A stretch of 57,526 nt of DNA, counting the filler, from Sluysia triapertura (lineage: Eukaryota): the NCBI GenBank assembly GCA_046118255.1. It is 5 parts of 5 records of this genome, joined end to end, with 100 filler letters (N's around TTAATTAATTAA, not from the genome) between each part and the next. Parts side by side here need not be neighbours in the genome. Positions count along the whole stretch, not along the records: positions 23,070 to 34,015 come from JBJNIA010191052.1; positions 34,116 to 45,501 come from JBJNIA010185257.1; 3 more parts are not named here. One strand, written 5' to 3'. The notes beneath the pieces are model-generated. The model had not been told where the DNA came from, did not search any database, and was given only the letters and a program-made list of their open reading frames with translations. Each line of letters opens with the position of its first letter. The stretch's first letter is position 1. Below are positions 24,901-38,258 of the stretch, in pieces. The position numbers and the translations under genes were made by a program.

Positions 24901-27399
24901 TGATCAGTGTTTTCATTACATGTATATATTTTTGAAAAAAAAGATTTTAATTTTGTACTTTGTCTGGATTGGCTGTCCAACCAGATATATAAAAATAATG
25001 AAGAGATCCACTCTGGTTGGACAACCAGTAATAATACAAACTATTTTTATGTTGAAAAGTCAACCACTATCAATGGTGACAAGAATTCACACTTGGAAAC
25101 TAACAGTGTCAACATTGATAGCGGTAATCACTAATTAAATAATGAAGTTGAATTAAAATTGACAAAAATAAAATGGTAATAATAAAAATGATAATAATAA
25201 TAATAACACAGTGTTATTATTATTATTATAACTATATAAATTCTTTGAAATCTTGAGAATTAACACAAACTTTCTTTGTATTCTTTAATTTCTGGACATA
25301 TGTAAATCTAATTCCTTAAAATAGTTAATTGTCTTAAGATGTCTGCGGTTAAATGTCAGGATATGATGAACATTGTTGTTGCCAATTAATATTACGTATT
25401 TGCAATGAAATTTTATGGTGTGGTTGTGATTCTTGTATTATATGATAATACGTAAAACGTTTTAAATGTAATTTTAAATACCAATTAATGTTTTTGGCTG
25501 AAGATGAATTCAAGCGTTGTAAGCCTATAATTTAAATATTTTGAAATAATCTGAATATTAAAAATAGATTGATGTTTTGAATGAAAGTAATGTTTAGATG
25601 TTAGTAGGCTGTGACTTGAAAATTGATTGAAAAGAGTGTGGTTTAGTGGTTGTAGAATGTTGAAAATGTGATTTATTTTATCGATATTTTTAAGTAATAT
25701 TGTCTTTTTGTGATGTTAGGGATTAAATAATAAAAACTATGAATTTGGAATGTTTGAATTGATTTGAAAGTGTCTAGTAGTTAATTTCGAATGTGGTAGT
25801 AATTGAATTATTATGAAATGATGGATAAAATATTTTGGATGAATTTTTTAATGTAAATTGATGGTTTTGAATATCGCTGTGGTTTGAATGTTTTGAGATT
25901 GTTGATTTAAAATGTTTTGATATATGGAAATTGATTTTAGTGGATCTGAATAGAATAAAATATAGAAACGGTTTTGACGAATTCTAAAAGGTTGTTGTGT
26001 AGTGTTAAGAAATGTAATTTTGATATTGTGAAGTAATGAAATAGGATTGTTTTGATAAGGTTAGAATAATATTTCATTAGATGTACATGAGATAAAATAT
26101 GAAAATGTTAAAATGTTATAGAATATGGTTTTATATGCAATGTGTTGATTTAATTTGATTGGTGATATTTGATAATGAAGAAAATTTTGCTGTTGTAAAA
26201 TTTTATATTTAAAATATTTGATGATGATAACAATTGTGAATGTTCTCAAAGATGATTGTATTGTGTTTTAGTGGAATAAAATTCTCAAAGTGATAGGCTG
26301 ACCACCACATCTACCTTTATCTACTTTTGTCTATCCGCAATTCTTTTATTGTATATTTTAACCAATCGATTGTATTTAAAAAGTGCAATTTATATATTTA
26401 AAAAAATGATCAATAAAAATAATGTTACTTTAATAAAGGTTCAAAGTGAACAATTTAAAATTTAAATGTGTGCCAATAAATTAAAAATAGAAAGATCAAA
26501 TAATGATAAATTAAATGGAAAATTATTTCCCAAACTCACAATCCAATGTGTATGGCTTACAATCTATATTAAGTAACAAATATAAACTTAAAAGGCAATG
26601 AATGAATGTAAAAATAAGTTATAATTAAAGAAATTTTTGTGAAAAAATGTCTACAATTTTATAATTATGTCTACGACAAAGTTGTGAGTATGTTGGAAAT
26701 AATAGTTTGTAGTTTTAAAAGAATACAAAACAATATTTATTTTTAATAAAAAATTACAAAAAACCCAAAAAAAATTATGGAAATTATTACTTTTTTTTGT
26801 ACAACTTTTATATTATTTGATTATTTTCATTGTGTTTTATTAAAATATTTATAGTACAATATTAATTTGTTTTATATATATATATTTTACGTTAACCTTT
26901 TTATTGTACCATTTTTTGTAAATTATATTTTCGTAAGTTTTTTTGAAAACTTCCATCAAAAGGTTTTAAATCAAAATGTATTTAAAAATATTAAATATTT
27001 AATTACATTTGTTGTAATAAAATTTTATTTAAATATTGTATTTGAATAAACAATTATATTTTTTATATTTTACTTTTACTTTTTACTTTAACCTTAAAAT
27101 GTGAATCAATATTCAATTATTTCTACATTTATCAAAATAAAATGACAAAAAAATAATTTAATTTTAATTTAATAATGAAAAATAATTAAATAATAATAAT
27201 TATAATTAAAAAGAAATAAATAATATTAAATAATAATAATAATAATTTAATTATATACCAAATAATATTGTAAATAATATTTCGAACCAAATAATTTTCT
27301 ATATAACATTTTAACGAAATAGCTGTACGTACAATAAAATTTGAAATATTGATAATATTGGATTGGTGAATAAGTTCTTGCGGTTTTTACAGATTGATG

Positions 27400-27660
27400 G
27401 CGAAAGATGCAGAAATCGAAGCACATTGATTTTTCTGATTTTCTTTGAGAAGATACCCATGATCCAAGATTTTGAACTTTTCCTATTTTATTGAAATGTT
27501 GAACAATAGTAATGTGATTACAATCCATAGCTCAATCACCATGAATCAAAGTCACTAGGACGACCTGCTGAGATGTATTGTCTAAATCAAAATTTCCACT
27601 GTTAAATTTCGAAAACCACTTTTGTGATGTTTATTCGCTGACTGCCTTTTCACTATTCTG
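27400..27660 (-). mobile_element. Mariner transposase N-terminal remnant
   Basis: QKWFSKFNSGNFDLDN...GRPSDFD and CNHITIVQHFNKIGKVQNLGSWV match the mariner HTH, GRP linker and WVP region. Confidence 0.85.
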
Positions 27661-28310
27661 GTTAAAATAGAGGCTAATGAAAGTGAAAGTAATTAGGCTG
27701 AATGAATATAACTATAATATATCTATAATTCTTGAAGATATTTACTATAATTTTTCAGAAATAATCTTGTATGCGTTAGTTAATTTATATTTAAGTTTAA
27801 ATTCTTTTTAAGAATAGCAAAATCAACTTAAGTTTAATAAAAAATTTAGAAAGATATTTTAAATATCTCGTAAATTACTTTCTAAAATTCTAGAAAAAGA
27901 TTATATAATAATCTAACAATTTTATATTATACATTATAGCAATTATTTGTACTGTAAATTTTTAATACTGTAATTTTTAATATCTCGTTTACTAAAATAT
28001 ACTTTCAAGAATTTCTTATTTATTTAAATTTATTTTGATTTTTACATTCGGTAGTAATAATTATATTCAAACTTTTTCAAATTTTATCAGTAGTAAAATC
28101 ATTTTAGAAAACCGTTTTCAATACACTAAAAAGAAACGGTAGTAAATTCATTATTAATAACTTTTTTTACCTCTTTAGACACTATTTGAACAAAACATTA
28201 TTGATCATTTAATTGTTATTGCCTTACAAAATAATTACAATCCATCAGAAATTTAATATATAATTGATCACTTAAAATAACTATTAACCTCCATTAATCA
28301 TTCTTTTGTT

Positions 28311-28362
28311 GCTTAAAATTTAGCCTTTAAGTGTGTAAGACTAAGATTGTAAGAGACTCACA
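28311..28362 (+). repeat. About 50-bp dispersed repeat (copy at 34901-34951)
   Basis: TTAGCCTTTAAGTGTGTAAGACTAAGATTGTAAGAGACTCACA versus TTAGCCCTTAAGTGAGTAAGTCTAAGATTGTAAGGGACTCACA. Confidence 0.85.
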
Positions 28363-29770
28363 CGAATTACATTTTTAAATGTAACACAAACATCTAATTT
28401 TAATTTTTATATTTTTATTATTTATTATTTGTTTATATTTTATTTTTTATTATTTTTATATTTATATTTTGTAAAATGTTTCTCTTAAACTTTACCAAAA
28501 TAATTTTTTACAAATAATTTTATTTTAAGACTTTTATACATTTATTAATATAAAATGTTAAATAAAAAAGTTAAAACAAATATTTATTAATATGTAATTT
28601 TAATTAATTATATAGTCTTATTTAGAGTTGAATGAACAATTACTTTAATAAGTATGACTTAAATAATTTATTTAATTAAAAAAAATTTTTTCCTAATATA
28701 TTAGTTTTATTTATTTTATTTTATTTATGCATTTTTATTTGATGAATAAACAAATTTGTTTAAACTTATTTTAAATACAATTTTAAAATTTATACATAAA
28801 TGTTTTTTTAAAATATATTTAATATATATAATATAAAATTTAATATATAAGTATTTATTTAATATATTTAAATATATTTTAAATATATATTAAAAATTTA
28901 TCATTTTGAACACCCTCATAATCGAATGCCACTGATCCAAAAGCAATCCAATCAAGTGAAAACGTTTCAAAACGATTTTTTAAAAATCTAAAACTAATGT
29001 TTAATCAGTAAATAAAATATTTATTATTTTTCTTACTTATTTCTTTAAAAATTTTGAAAGTAACAGAAATTTACCAAAAGAGACAAAATTATTTCAGTAA
29101 CATTTTACAGATATCTTAGATAATAATAATAATAATAATAAGAAGAACAGTTGAAAATTCTTTTATTTTAATTATAATATTTTAATATTTTAATATATAT
29201 TATAATATTTAAATTATAATAATATAATTATAAATATTTTAATTATAATATTATAATAATTATAATATTTTAATTACAAAAATAGTTTAGCTTCAGAATT
29301 TTATCAAAAAAAAAGAATTGAAAATAACAAAGAAGATATCTAATTTAATATTGTTAAGGCACTAATATAAAAGGTTTTTTTCAAACGTTTTATTTGATCG
29401 ATCTCATTCCACATGTACAGATTAACATAATTAATTTTATTTTCTTCAACAAAAGGCAAAACCCCAACAAAATATGGCAAAAGATTTTTTATTAAAATGT
29501 AATATTTATTTAACTTCGTAAATCGATTGCAATTCTTTTATAATATCCATTTTTATTGAATATTGTGAGTTTTTCGATCTGTATTGAAATTTTATCATAT
29601 TAATTATCTTCATATATGACCAAAATCGACACCTTTCCTTAGCTACAATGCATTCTCGATTGTTTTATTTTGATTCTAGTGTTTTCTTTTAATAAATCCA
29701 CTTGCCATTTCGGTAATGCTTCTCCAATTATAGTCTCCAATTATTGATTTGATATTTTTTTCTTATTTTA

Positions 29771-29774
<4 letters not shown>

Positions 29775-29826
<52 letters not shown>
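29775..29826. repeat. (TTA)n microsatellite
   Basis: Direct reading. Confidence 0.95.
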
Positions 29827-29828
<2 letters not shown>

Positions 29829-30061
29829 TTTTATTTTTACAATTAATTTTAATTTATTTTAACAATATGAAAAAAGTAAACAAAACTTTCTTTTGTTTTT
29901 ATTTTGTATCAGTTTTTTATTTTTAGAGCAATTATTAAAATAAATAAATAAATAAGTAATAATAACAACTTTATAGTTATTTTACAATTTGTTTTATTTT
30001 TAATATTATTAGCTAAAGAGAATAATTGTGATACATATTTAAATATTTCTGATCATTTAAG

Positions 30062-30387
30062 TAGAAGGTTGGCCAGAAGTTATTCAATCACTCACTTACT
30101 CATCTAATAAGATTAATAATATTTATATCTAGCTTTTACTTTAAGCCCCAAAAAGTTGTCAATACGTGCATCGATGGAATTAAACATTTCTACAGCTTCT
30201 ATTCGTCAATTGCTTAGTCAATGAGAATGGACGTCTTAACGTCCACATTTCGTGCATGACCCAGGCTGTCTAATTGAATTCTACTAATGTCTATAAGATC
30301 CTTCATTTCTCACGAAAGTTTTTTGGTCTGATAAAGCACATTTCACACGGTTTTGGTATGGGCCCCGAACTTCTTGCCCACCATGTA
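30062..30387 (+). mobile_element. Deleted Tc1/mariner-superfamily element
   Basis: Imperfect TIRs TAGAAGGTTGGCCAGAAGTT / AACTTCTTGCCCACCATGTA. Internal SPKKLSIRASMELNISTASIRQLL and DPSFLTKVFWSDKAHF (the WSDEAHF first catalytic Asp motif). Confidence 0.8.
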
Positions 30388-32114
30388 CATAAATAGTACA
30401 TAAACAAAGGTCATGTTTAAAATAAATAAAGATATAATTAATTGTGAAATATATATGTATTTCCTTTTTTATTTAATTGTTTTAATGGAATATGAAATAT
30501 GAAATACCTATTACATCGCTTACATTTCATATTTTGATAAATTTTTATCGTTTTTTATTAGTTTAGAATTGAATAAAATATTTATTCAATTTATAAATTA
30601 GTTTATTCAATTCACATAAATTAGTTTATGAAGAAAAGTCGTCACAGTTGTACCTATCGGACGAGATGTAAATGAAGTACCAGAATCAGTCAACAAAATC
30701 AAATCACCAATCAATAAAAGATGTTATATTCCACAAAAGTAAACAATTTTTATTCATTTACAAATATCATACTGACTTTCAATTTTTATTTAGATAGCGA
30801 ATCGTGGTACGCTATTTCAATAAATTATTGATAAAATAACACAATATAGTTTAATATGAACATTTAAGTCAAAGATTATTGAAAACCATAATATGAACAC
30901 TGTTTATTTTGAACAATGAACAATAATTCGTGGAAAATAAATTAATTATTTCTCCATTTTTAATTGTCTTTTATGAACATGAAAAATATAAATCCATAAC
31001 GAAAGTCATTAGAATTAGTACAGCACTTAGGAAATCATGATTCTTTTCTTTTCAGGCATATGGTATCGTCCAAAAGAATTATTGAGGAATCAAAAACCGT
31101 GGATGAAAGGTATATTCTTAATTGTAAGGAATTTTAATTTTTTAAGATTGGTTAAAACATTTGAACAGTATAATGAGATCTGACGAGCGAAAAAATGATT
31201 ATTTTCCTAAACGAGAATAAATGTAAATAGGTGAATTCACCAATCTATCTAGTCTTACCAATTAAGGCTAGCTATTGGATTTAAAATTAAGATAAAACTA
31301 TGAAACTTATGAAAAGAAAGTTAATAATGTTGAGATATTACTAAGGATCTTTATTAAAGAGATCCTAAAAGAAATTTTAAATATAATTGGATCAAATTAA
31401 TAAATTTTATTTCGGTTTCGAATTTAAATGAAACCGTTAAAAGATGATATTTTACTTTGGTTCGTTATTACTGATTTTAATAAAGATTTTTCTTAGGTTC
31501 ATTAAAGTAAACCTTTTTAAAACTATTCACTAAGTAATAAAAATCAAATATGGATATATATTAATGCCAAAGAATATATAATTATAATAGAGTTTTATAA
31601 AGATTATTTTATTTTAAATTAAGTTAAAATATTTTTCTTGGTTAAAAATTTAAACACTAACCCAAATTTAAAATATAACGATTTTAAGTTGATTTTACTC
31701 TGCGGTGTTAAAATAACCCTTAGACTTATACAAATAAAACTAACGATGATCAAACTTCCGAAATCTTCCAAAAACTCGAAGTGGAATTGAACTAACTCGA
31801 AGAATAACACGATAAAATTAGTAGTCAAATTGTGTAAAAATTTTATTTAATTAACTCAGTTAAACAAATATTTTATTTATCGTTTGTATGGAAAAATATT
31901 GTTTAATTTAAATTTTTATTTAACTCAAAATGCTTACATTTAAATTAATATATTTTTAAATCTGAAAAATTGCATTAACCAGCATTTTCAGCTTGATGCA
32001 TTCTGTTATTACTTTATTAATTTTAAGATTTGGTATGTATATTTTGCTTTGCATTTATATGCCTGTTGTTTATTTCGATTGGAGGTTATTAATTTAGAAA
32101 TGTTTTTTTACTTA

Positions 32115-33830
32115 ATGGCTACAAGAAGCGTAACCCGCACTCTGTATTTGGCGATGCCAGTGAACTTCCTCACAATGTATTGCCAATAAATCTTCAAGTT
32201 GCACAGCATTTTTTGCATATGAAAAAAAGAAAAAATGATTCAAACAAAGACAAATACAGAGCTGTGTCAGCTGCTGCTATCAGTCTGTGGAACAAAGCTT
32301 CCATTCCAACGATGCATTACCGATCTGTAATCAACGTGTGGAAGCAATGATTTCAACAGGTTCAGAACTATCATGTTCTAAATCAAGTTCAACACGTCAG
32401 TCTACCTTTCTAGCCACTTTGGACTCATTGTTTGATATAACTGCATGTAAGTGCAGTATGTTTTATGACAATTCTATAAAACAAGTAAGCATATCTTGTT
32501 ATTGTCCTAGAAATTTGAAAGTTCCACCAGATGAATTGTTGTTTATATATGATCAAAGAAACTCTCGCAAAATGTTTATTGCAAATGTTTCTGCAAATAT
32601 ATTGCAGAAGCGTTTCCAAAGGAAAATGTCAAGAAAATTCTCAGATGCTCAGAGTAACTTAAATCTTAGTGAAGAACAATCTAGTAGCAGTATTGTAGAG
32701 GACACTATGACGAGGTACTTCATGATAGTGATGATAAATCCAGTTGTAGCTGAAAGTCAGATGCGAATAACCATTCCAAATTTTGCAAAAGAAGCAGACA
32801 GATATGGTATATTAGAGAGAGCTGCAGTATCGATGTTGGCTTCATAATCAAGCAGAATCAAAGCTTTGTGATAGACAAGAATAAAGTACATTGTGAGAGG
32901 TTAAAGTTAAGAAAGGGTTTGCAATGTGATATGAGACAGTCACCAAAAGCTATCACAAGTATTTACTTTGATGGTAGACGAGACACAACTTTGGTCAAAG
33001 TAAACAGAAATGGCAAGTGGTATGGTGACACTACTATTGAAGATCATTATGTTCTGGTTGAAGAACCAAGTCCTAACTATCTGACACATGTGACATCTTC
33101 ATCATCTCAAAAGTATTGATATTGCTACCAGTATTGTAACTGTACTTAGACAGCAAGACGCAAGTTACAGTATCTTAGCAATAGGCTGTGACAGTACAAA
33201 TGCAAATGTTGGAAGTAAAGGTGGAGTAATCCGTCATCTAGAGGTGGCGTTAGGACGTCTTCTGAATTGGTTTATATGCTTGCCACTGAGATATCTGTTT
33301 ACAATACTGGATGGGCCAACATCTGGAGCAACAAGTTTCAGTGGTCCAATTCGTCAAGAACTTTATCACTGCGAACTGAAACATAATGCTAATTTTACAA
33401 AGATTACAAATCACCACAATATGCCTGTGTTAGCTGATTTGTCATGTGACTAGAAATATTTATATGATATTGTAACATCCATTAGAACTGGTGTTGCTTC
33501 TGAAAAGCCTGGTCCCCTAAATCACTCACGATGGTTTACTTTTACCAACAGGGTTTGCCGCCTTTACGTTGCTACAGACAATCCTTCTGCTAACCTGTGC
33601 ATCATCACACACTTCTCTGTAGCTAACTATGTTGCAAACTGGTTCACCATAAATCGCAATCCCTCATGCAACTGAGCTTCTAAAAGAACTTTCCAGTGAA
33701 GCCTTACGTTAGTCGCGGTGCATATTTTGCTCATTCCGAAAATATTCTTATTGCTATGCTGGCTGATTCAGACGAAAATATTCGTTTAAGAGGAGTTGAT
33801 ATTATACTCCAGCGAAGATTTCAACTGCAA
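32115..33830 (+). mobile_element. DDE transposase pseudogene, hAT-like (possibly hATm-type)
   Basis: Motifs in order across frameshifts and stops: LWNKASIP, LFDITACKC, IYFDGRRD (D1), AIGCDSTNANVG (D2), WFICL-PLRYLF (CxxH segment deleted), PGPLNHSRW, AYFAHSENILIAML (E). The subfamily is from memory and is uncertain. Confidence 0.85.
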
Positions 33831-33839
33831 TACGTCTGT

Positions 33840-34015
33840 TTAACCCTTTGAGTGCCAGGAGCGCGATCGCGCTTGTTCGTTATTTTCGCTTATTATGTTG
33901 AAATTATAATATATTATTAAATTTATAAAATTTATTTCATGATTTTGTAATACTTTTCGTAATAAAATGCTTAGAAAATTATTTTTTTAATTTTCATTTT
34001 TGTGTAGCATCCTGG
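33840..34015 (+). mobile_element. piggyBac-type element end (runs into gap)
   Basis: TTAA followed by CCCTTTGAGTGCC, abruptly ending the upstream transposase. The other end is not visible. Confidence 0.55.
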
Positions 34016-34115
34016 NNNNNNNNNNNNNNNNNNNNNNNNNNNNNNNNNNNNNNNNNNNNTTAATTAATTAANNNNNNNNNNNNNNNNNNNNNNNNNNNNN
34101 NNNNNNNNNNNNNNN
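34016..34115. other. Assembly gap with linker
   Basis: N runs plus TTAATTAATTAA. Confidence 0.95.
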
Positions 34116-34900
34116 TTTAAATTATTAAGGCATAAAACGATCAAGATAACAATAGTGAGTCTTAATAATTCATAAGCTTCAAAGACGCAACATCATCTGT
34201 TATTAATGATTTGCAAGATTTAAATTATATCTTCAACATCCCGGCAACTCAATCTAAAGACTATAACTTCTTTCGACGTCTTCGACAAATCAATCTAATT
34301 ACGGACTATAATTTTTCTAAATTTATTCAGTTAACCGTTAGTTTAGATTCCATAAGTTTTAAATTCACTTTTAACTGATCGTAAATTAAACACTCAATTT
34401 ATTTTAATTAATTATTTTTATCCCCCTTTTTAAGAGGTAAGGAAAATTTTAATAACCTAAACATTTCAGATTAAATATTAATCTAATTAAAATCATTATT
34501 ATTTATATTATTCCTTATAAAAAGTGTACTAATATATTAATATAAATTTGTTAATATATCATTTTTTAAAGATTTTTCATTGAATTTTTATCTATTGCGA
34601 AAAGAAGGTGCCGATTTTAATCGGACGTAAAATAGAGGTAATTTATAATTAAAAAGAAAAGATTTGTATTTAAGGCTCACCATTTTTGAAATACGGTTGA
34701 TAGATATAACTTAAAATAACATTTGTATTTAAATTAAATATTTTTAACTATAGTTTGAGCATTTTTTTATTAACATTTAAATAACTTCTTAAAAGAGCCA
34801 AAATTAGCATTGCATAAACCACAACAAATTTTGCCCAAAAAATATAATTGATTTAATATAAACTTACTTATACCTCCATATAAGTTCTGCTAAAATACTC

Positions 34901-34951
34901 CTTACAACTTAGCCCTTAAGTGAGTAAGTCTAAGATTGTAAGGGACTCACA
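34901..34951 (+). repeat. About 50-bp dispersed repeat (copy at 28311-28362)
   Basis: See 28311. Confidence 0.85.
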
Positions 34952-35632
34952 GCATAAATTAAATTTAGCATTAGCATTTTTCTCAACAAACACATCATAC
35001 GGAAGCACTGTGAGTATGAAACAAACGTAGAATTGAAATGAAAGGAGTAACATGTTATGAAGGTAAAGTTCGATGATATTGGAATTAAATTGTTTTTGTG
35101 ATAACAATGATTATTATAAAGTTAATGTTACTTAAAAATAAATGTAGTTATTGAGTATTTGTTGTTGTACATGGTGTGGACCTAAGGACGTTGAAATTAG
35201 GGGCGTGTGAGCACGATTTTAACAATTCTAATTATATCTTCTTTAATTATTACTTTGTAAAACTTAATTTTCATTACACTTGCATTACTGAAATAAATGA
35301 AGTAAATAATCTGATAATATAATGTCAAATTAAAAGCAAATAAAAAATATAATAATTTCTTCTTCATTTTAAATCAAAACAGACTTAGTGTACAAATTTT
35401 GAATTTAGAATATTTTGGCAATTATTTTTTTGTTATTTGTAAATTTAAATTTTAAAATTAAATTTGAAACCTCTAAAATTCAAAACTATAAAAAACACAA
35501 TATGTATTTTAATTGTGTCAGCAAAAGTAATTGCTTCGAGAAAATTTAATTTTTATTTTATTTTCTCCAAAAATATTTATTTATTAATAATACAGTAAAT
35601 AAACAAACATTATTTTATATAAACATAAGACA

Positions 35633-35636
<4 letters not shown>

Positions 35637-35677
<41 letters not shown>
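35637..35677. repeat. (TA)n microsatellite
   Basis: Direct reading. Confidence 0.95.
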
Positions 35678-35678
<1 letters not shown>

Positions 35679-37132
35679 GTTTTTAAAAATAATTTTAAAA
35701 TAAAATTTAAAAAATTCCGGAAATAGCAGTTAATGATAGTTAAAATTAAATATTGATTTATTTCTATAACTAAAACAAATTAATATAGCAGAAAGAGAGA
35801 ATTTATTTAACATCTATTTTGGAATATTTTTTACTAATATTTTAAATGTAAATAAAGTGAATTTTTTTCTAAAATTTTCAAAACCATTATATATATACAT
35901 ATATATGTAAAACTTCAAACACAATTTTAATTGCTTATTTTTCCATTAGCTCTTCATAATAATCATAGAAAAAGTTTTTTTTTTGAAAATATTTCTTTAA
36001 TCCTTTTCGAATGTATTCCATACACAAAATGATTGCTTGAAAACAATGATATATGGGACAATGTTTTGTGGTCTATATTTGCTATATGACATTTGATTCA
36101 TTGTTTGGAAGTTGTGATGAAAAATAACAAATAATATATTTTAAAATATTCATTGTATTTTATTTAAAACAATGAATAATAACAACATAACTATTTTTAT
36201 TAAATTTTATTTGGAAACCAAAATGGTTTTAAGACATAACAATTTATAGAGAATACTCATACATATGGGAAGATTAAGAAATAATACAACGAAATATTAC
36301 AACTAATGATTTATTATAAGCGTTTTTATACTATTTATTATAGTAAATATTAGCACAATATAAATTAATATAATATTATTATTATTATTATTGTAAGTTG
36401 ACATTTTGTCAAAATTGACATTTTCCAATTTATTACATTGTGAGTAATCATTTAAAATAATATTAATTATATTATTCATATAATTCTAAGAAGTGAAAAT
36501 AATTCCTTCTGTTCTTCTTTCAAACTCACATTTTCTTAATCATCCTTTGGATTATATTATTTTATACTCAATAACTGTCACTATTCTACAATCAAATGAA
36601 AATTACTAAAATCATTTGAATTATATAATAATTTAGTCACATTTATCGTACTAATTATTTATTTTGTAATTTAATTTTAAAATAAAAAATAAAAAAATTC
36701 AACAAAAAAATTTTTTTGTTAAATGAATTTGTTTTTTGTATAAACTTTAGTTAAATTATTTATTATTGTAGATAAAATATTTAAATATACAAAAATAAAT
36801 GGTAAAATTACAAAAATGAAATAATTTTATAAAAAAAGATAATACAACTCAAAAATCTAACCGCTTAAACTCCTTTGGGATATAAAAAATAGCACGTCCT
36901 CCGAATATATTATCTTTAAATACAAAAATCAAATCAACAATTTAGCTAATCAACATTTTTATTTCAAAATCAACCAATTATTTTATTCGGATTGTAATCA
37001 AATTTAAGACCAATCAATTTTCATTTGTTTACAATACAACAACACCAACAAATTAGAAATTGATTTTAATTGATTTTAATTTTATTGTCAACATAAAAAA
37101 TAATAATTTTTGGATTAAATTGAGACAGATAA

Positions 37133-37136
<4 letters not shown>

Positions 37137-37181
<45 letters not shown>
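37137..37181. repeat. (TTA)n microsatellite
   Basis: Direct reading. Confidence 0.95.
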
Positions 37182-37182
<1 letters not shown>

Positions 37183-37770
37183 TACAATTTATATAATGTA
37201 AAATTTTTGTGAAAACTGTTAATTAAAACAAGTTTTTTTAGAAAGTAAAATATCAAAAAATATTAATTTACGAAAATAAAAATAAAAATAAATAATGATA
37301 CAAACTTTTCAGCACAAACCAAGACTTATCAATAAATGCTTTGCAAACAAATTCTAATATAATATGAAATTTTAACTTTAAACTTCAAGAGAAAATAAAA
37401 ATATCTAAAAACACTTAATAAATTTAGCACTTTTAAGAGAAAATTGATTGTTTCTGTATCAGGAGAGTATGTCCGGATAAGTTTTTTGAACGAATTAAAT
37501 TTCAGAATGATTTATGAAATAATGCTTTAATTAATATTTATTTAATTAAAGAAGCATCCCTTAGAGAATGCTTAATTCAAAACGTCACAGCAATTATCGT
37601 AATTAAAACATCTTTACGATTACATATTACGATTATTTGCAGTTTGATATGTTTCTATGCTTTAGTGGGGATTATTAAAAATGTTAAAATTTTTGTTTTT
37701 AGTAATACATTAATAACGAGCTAGATCATATTTGTTATATACACGTTTATTAACACATCAAAGAAAATAA

Positions 37771-38258
37771 CAGTGGTGGCCAAATTATTAGACTAAAACA
37801 AGAAAAATATGTTTCTCGATAATCATGGTGTTAAGCTGTTACTCTGTCCTGGAAACTCTCTAAGCATGAATCCCATAGAAAATCTGTAGGAGTTTGTCAA
37901 AAGGAAGGTTTCTACCCATAAACCAACCAACTTATTGAAACTCTGATATTATTATGGCGTCACAATGACGAGATCAAAGGCTTGTGCTCATACGTGGCAT
38001 GCCTTTAAGGTGGGCAAATAAAGTACTGATACAATAGTTTGTACATATTTGATTTGTAGTAAATTGTGTTATCATTCTACATGAATAAAATTTATGTATG
38101 TTTTGGATCTCAGTATTTTTATCTATTATTTTACTTGCACCAGAATTTTTTGGAGAAAATAGTTCTTTTCCAACATTTTACATGTGTCAGTAAATAGCAT
38201 GTATTTATACACTTATGATTAATAGTTTCATAATATCTTTCAAAAATGGCCACCACTA
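37771..38258 (+). mobile_element. Deleted Tc1-like (DD34E) element
   Basis: TIRs CAGTGGTGGCCA / TGGCCACCACTA. Internal FLDNHGVKLLLCPGNSLSMNPIENL*EFVKRKV (SPDLNPIENLW motif) and C-terminal GGQIKY*. Confidence 0.88.
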
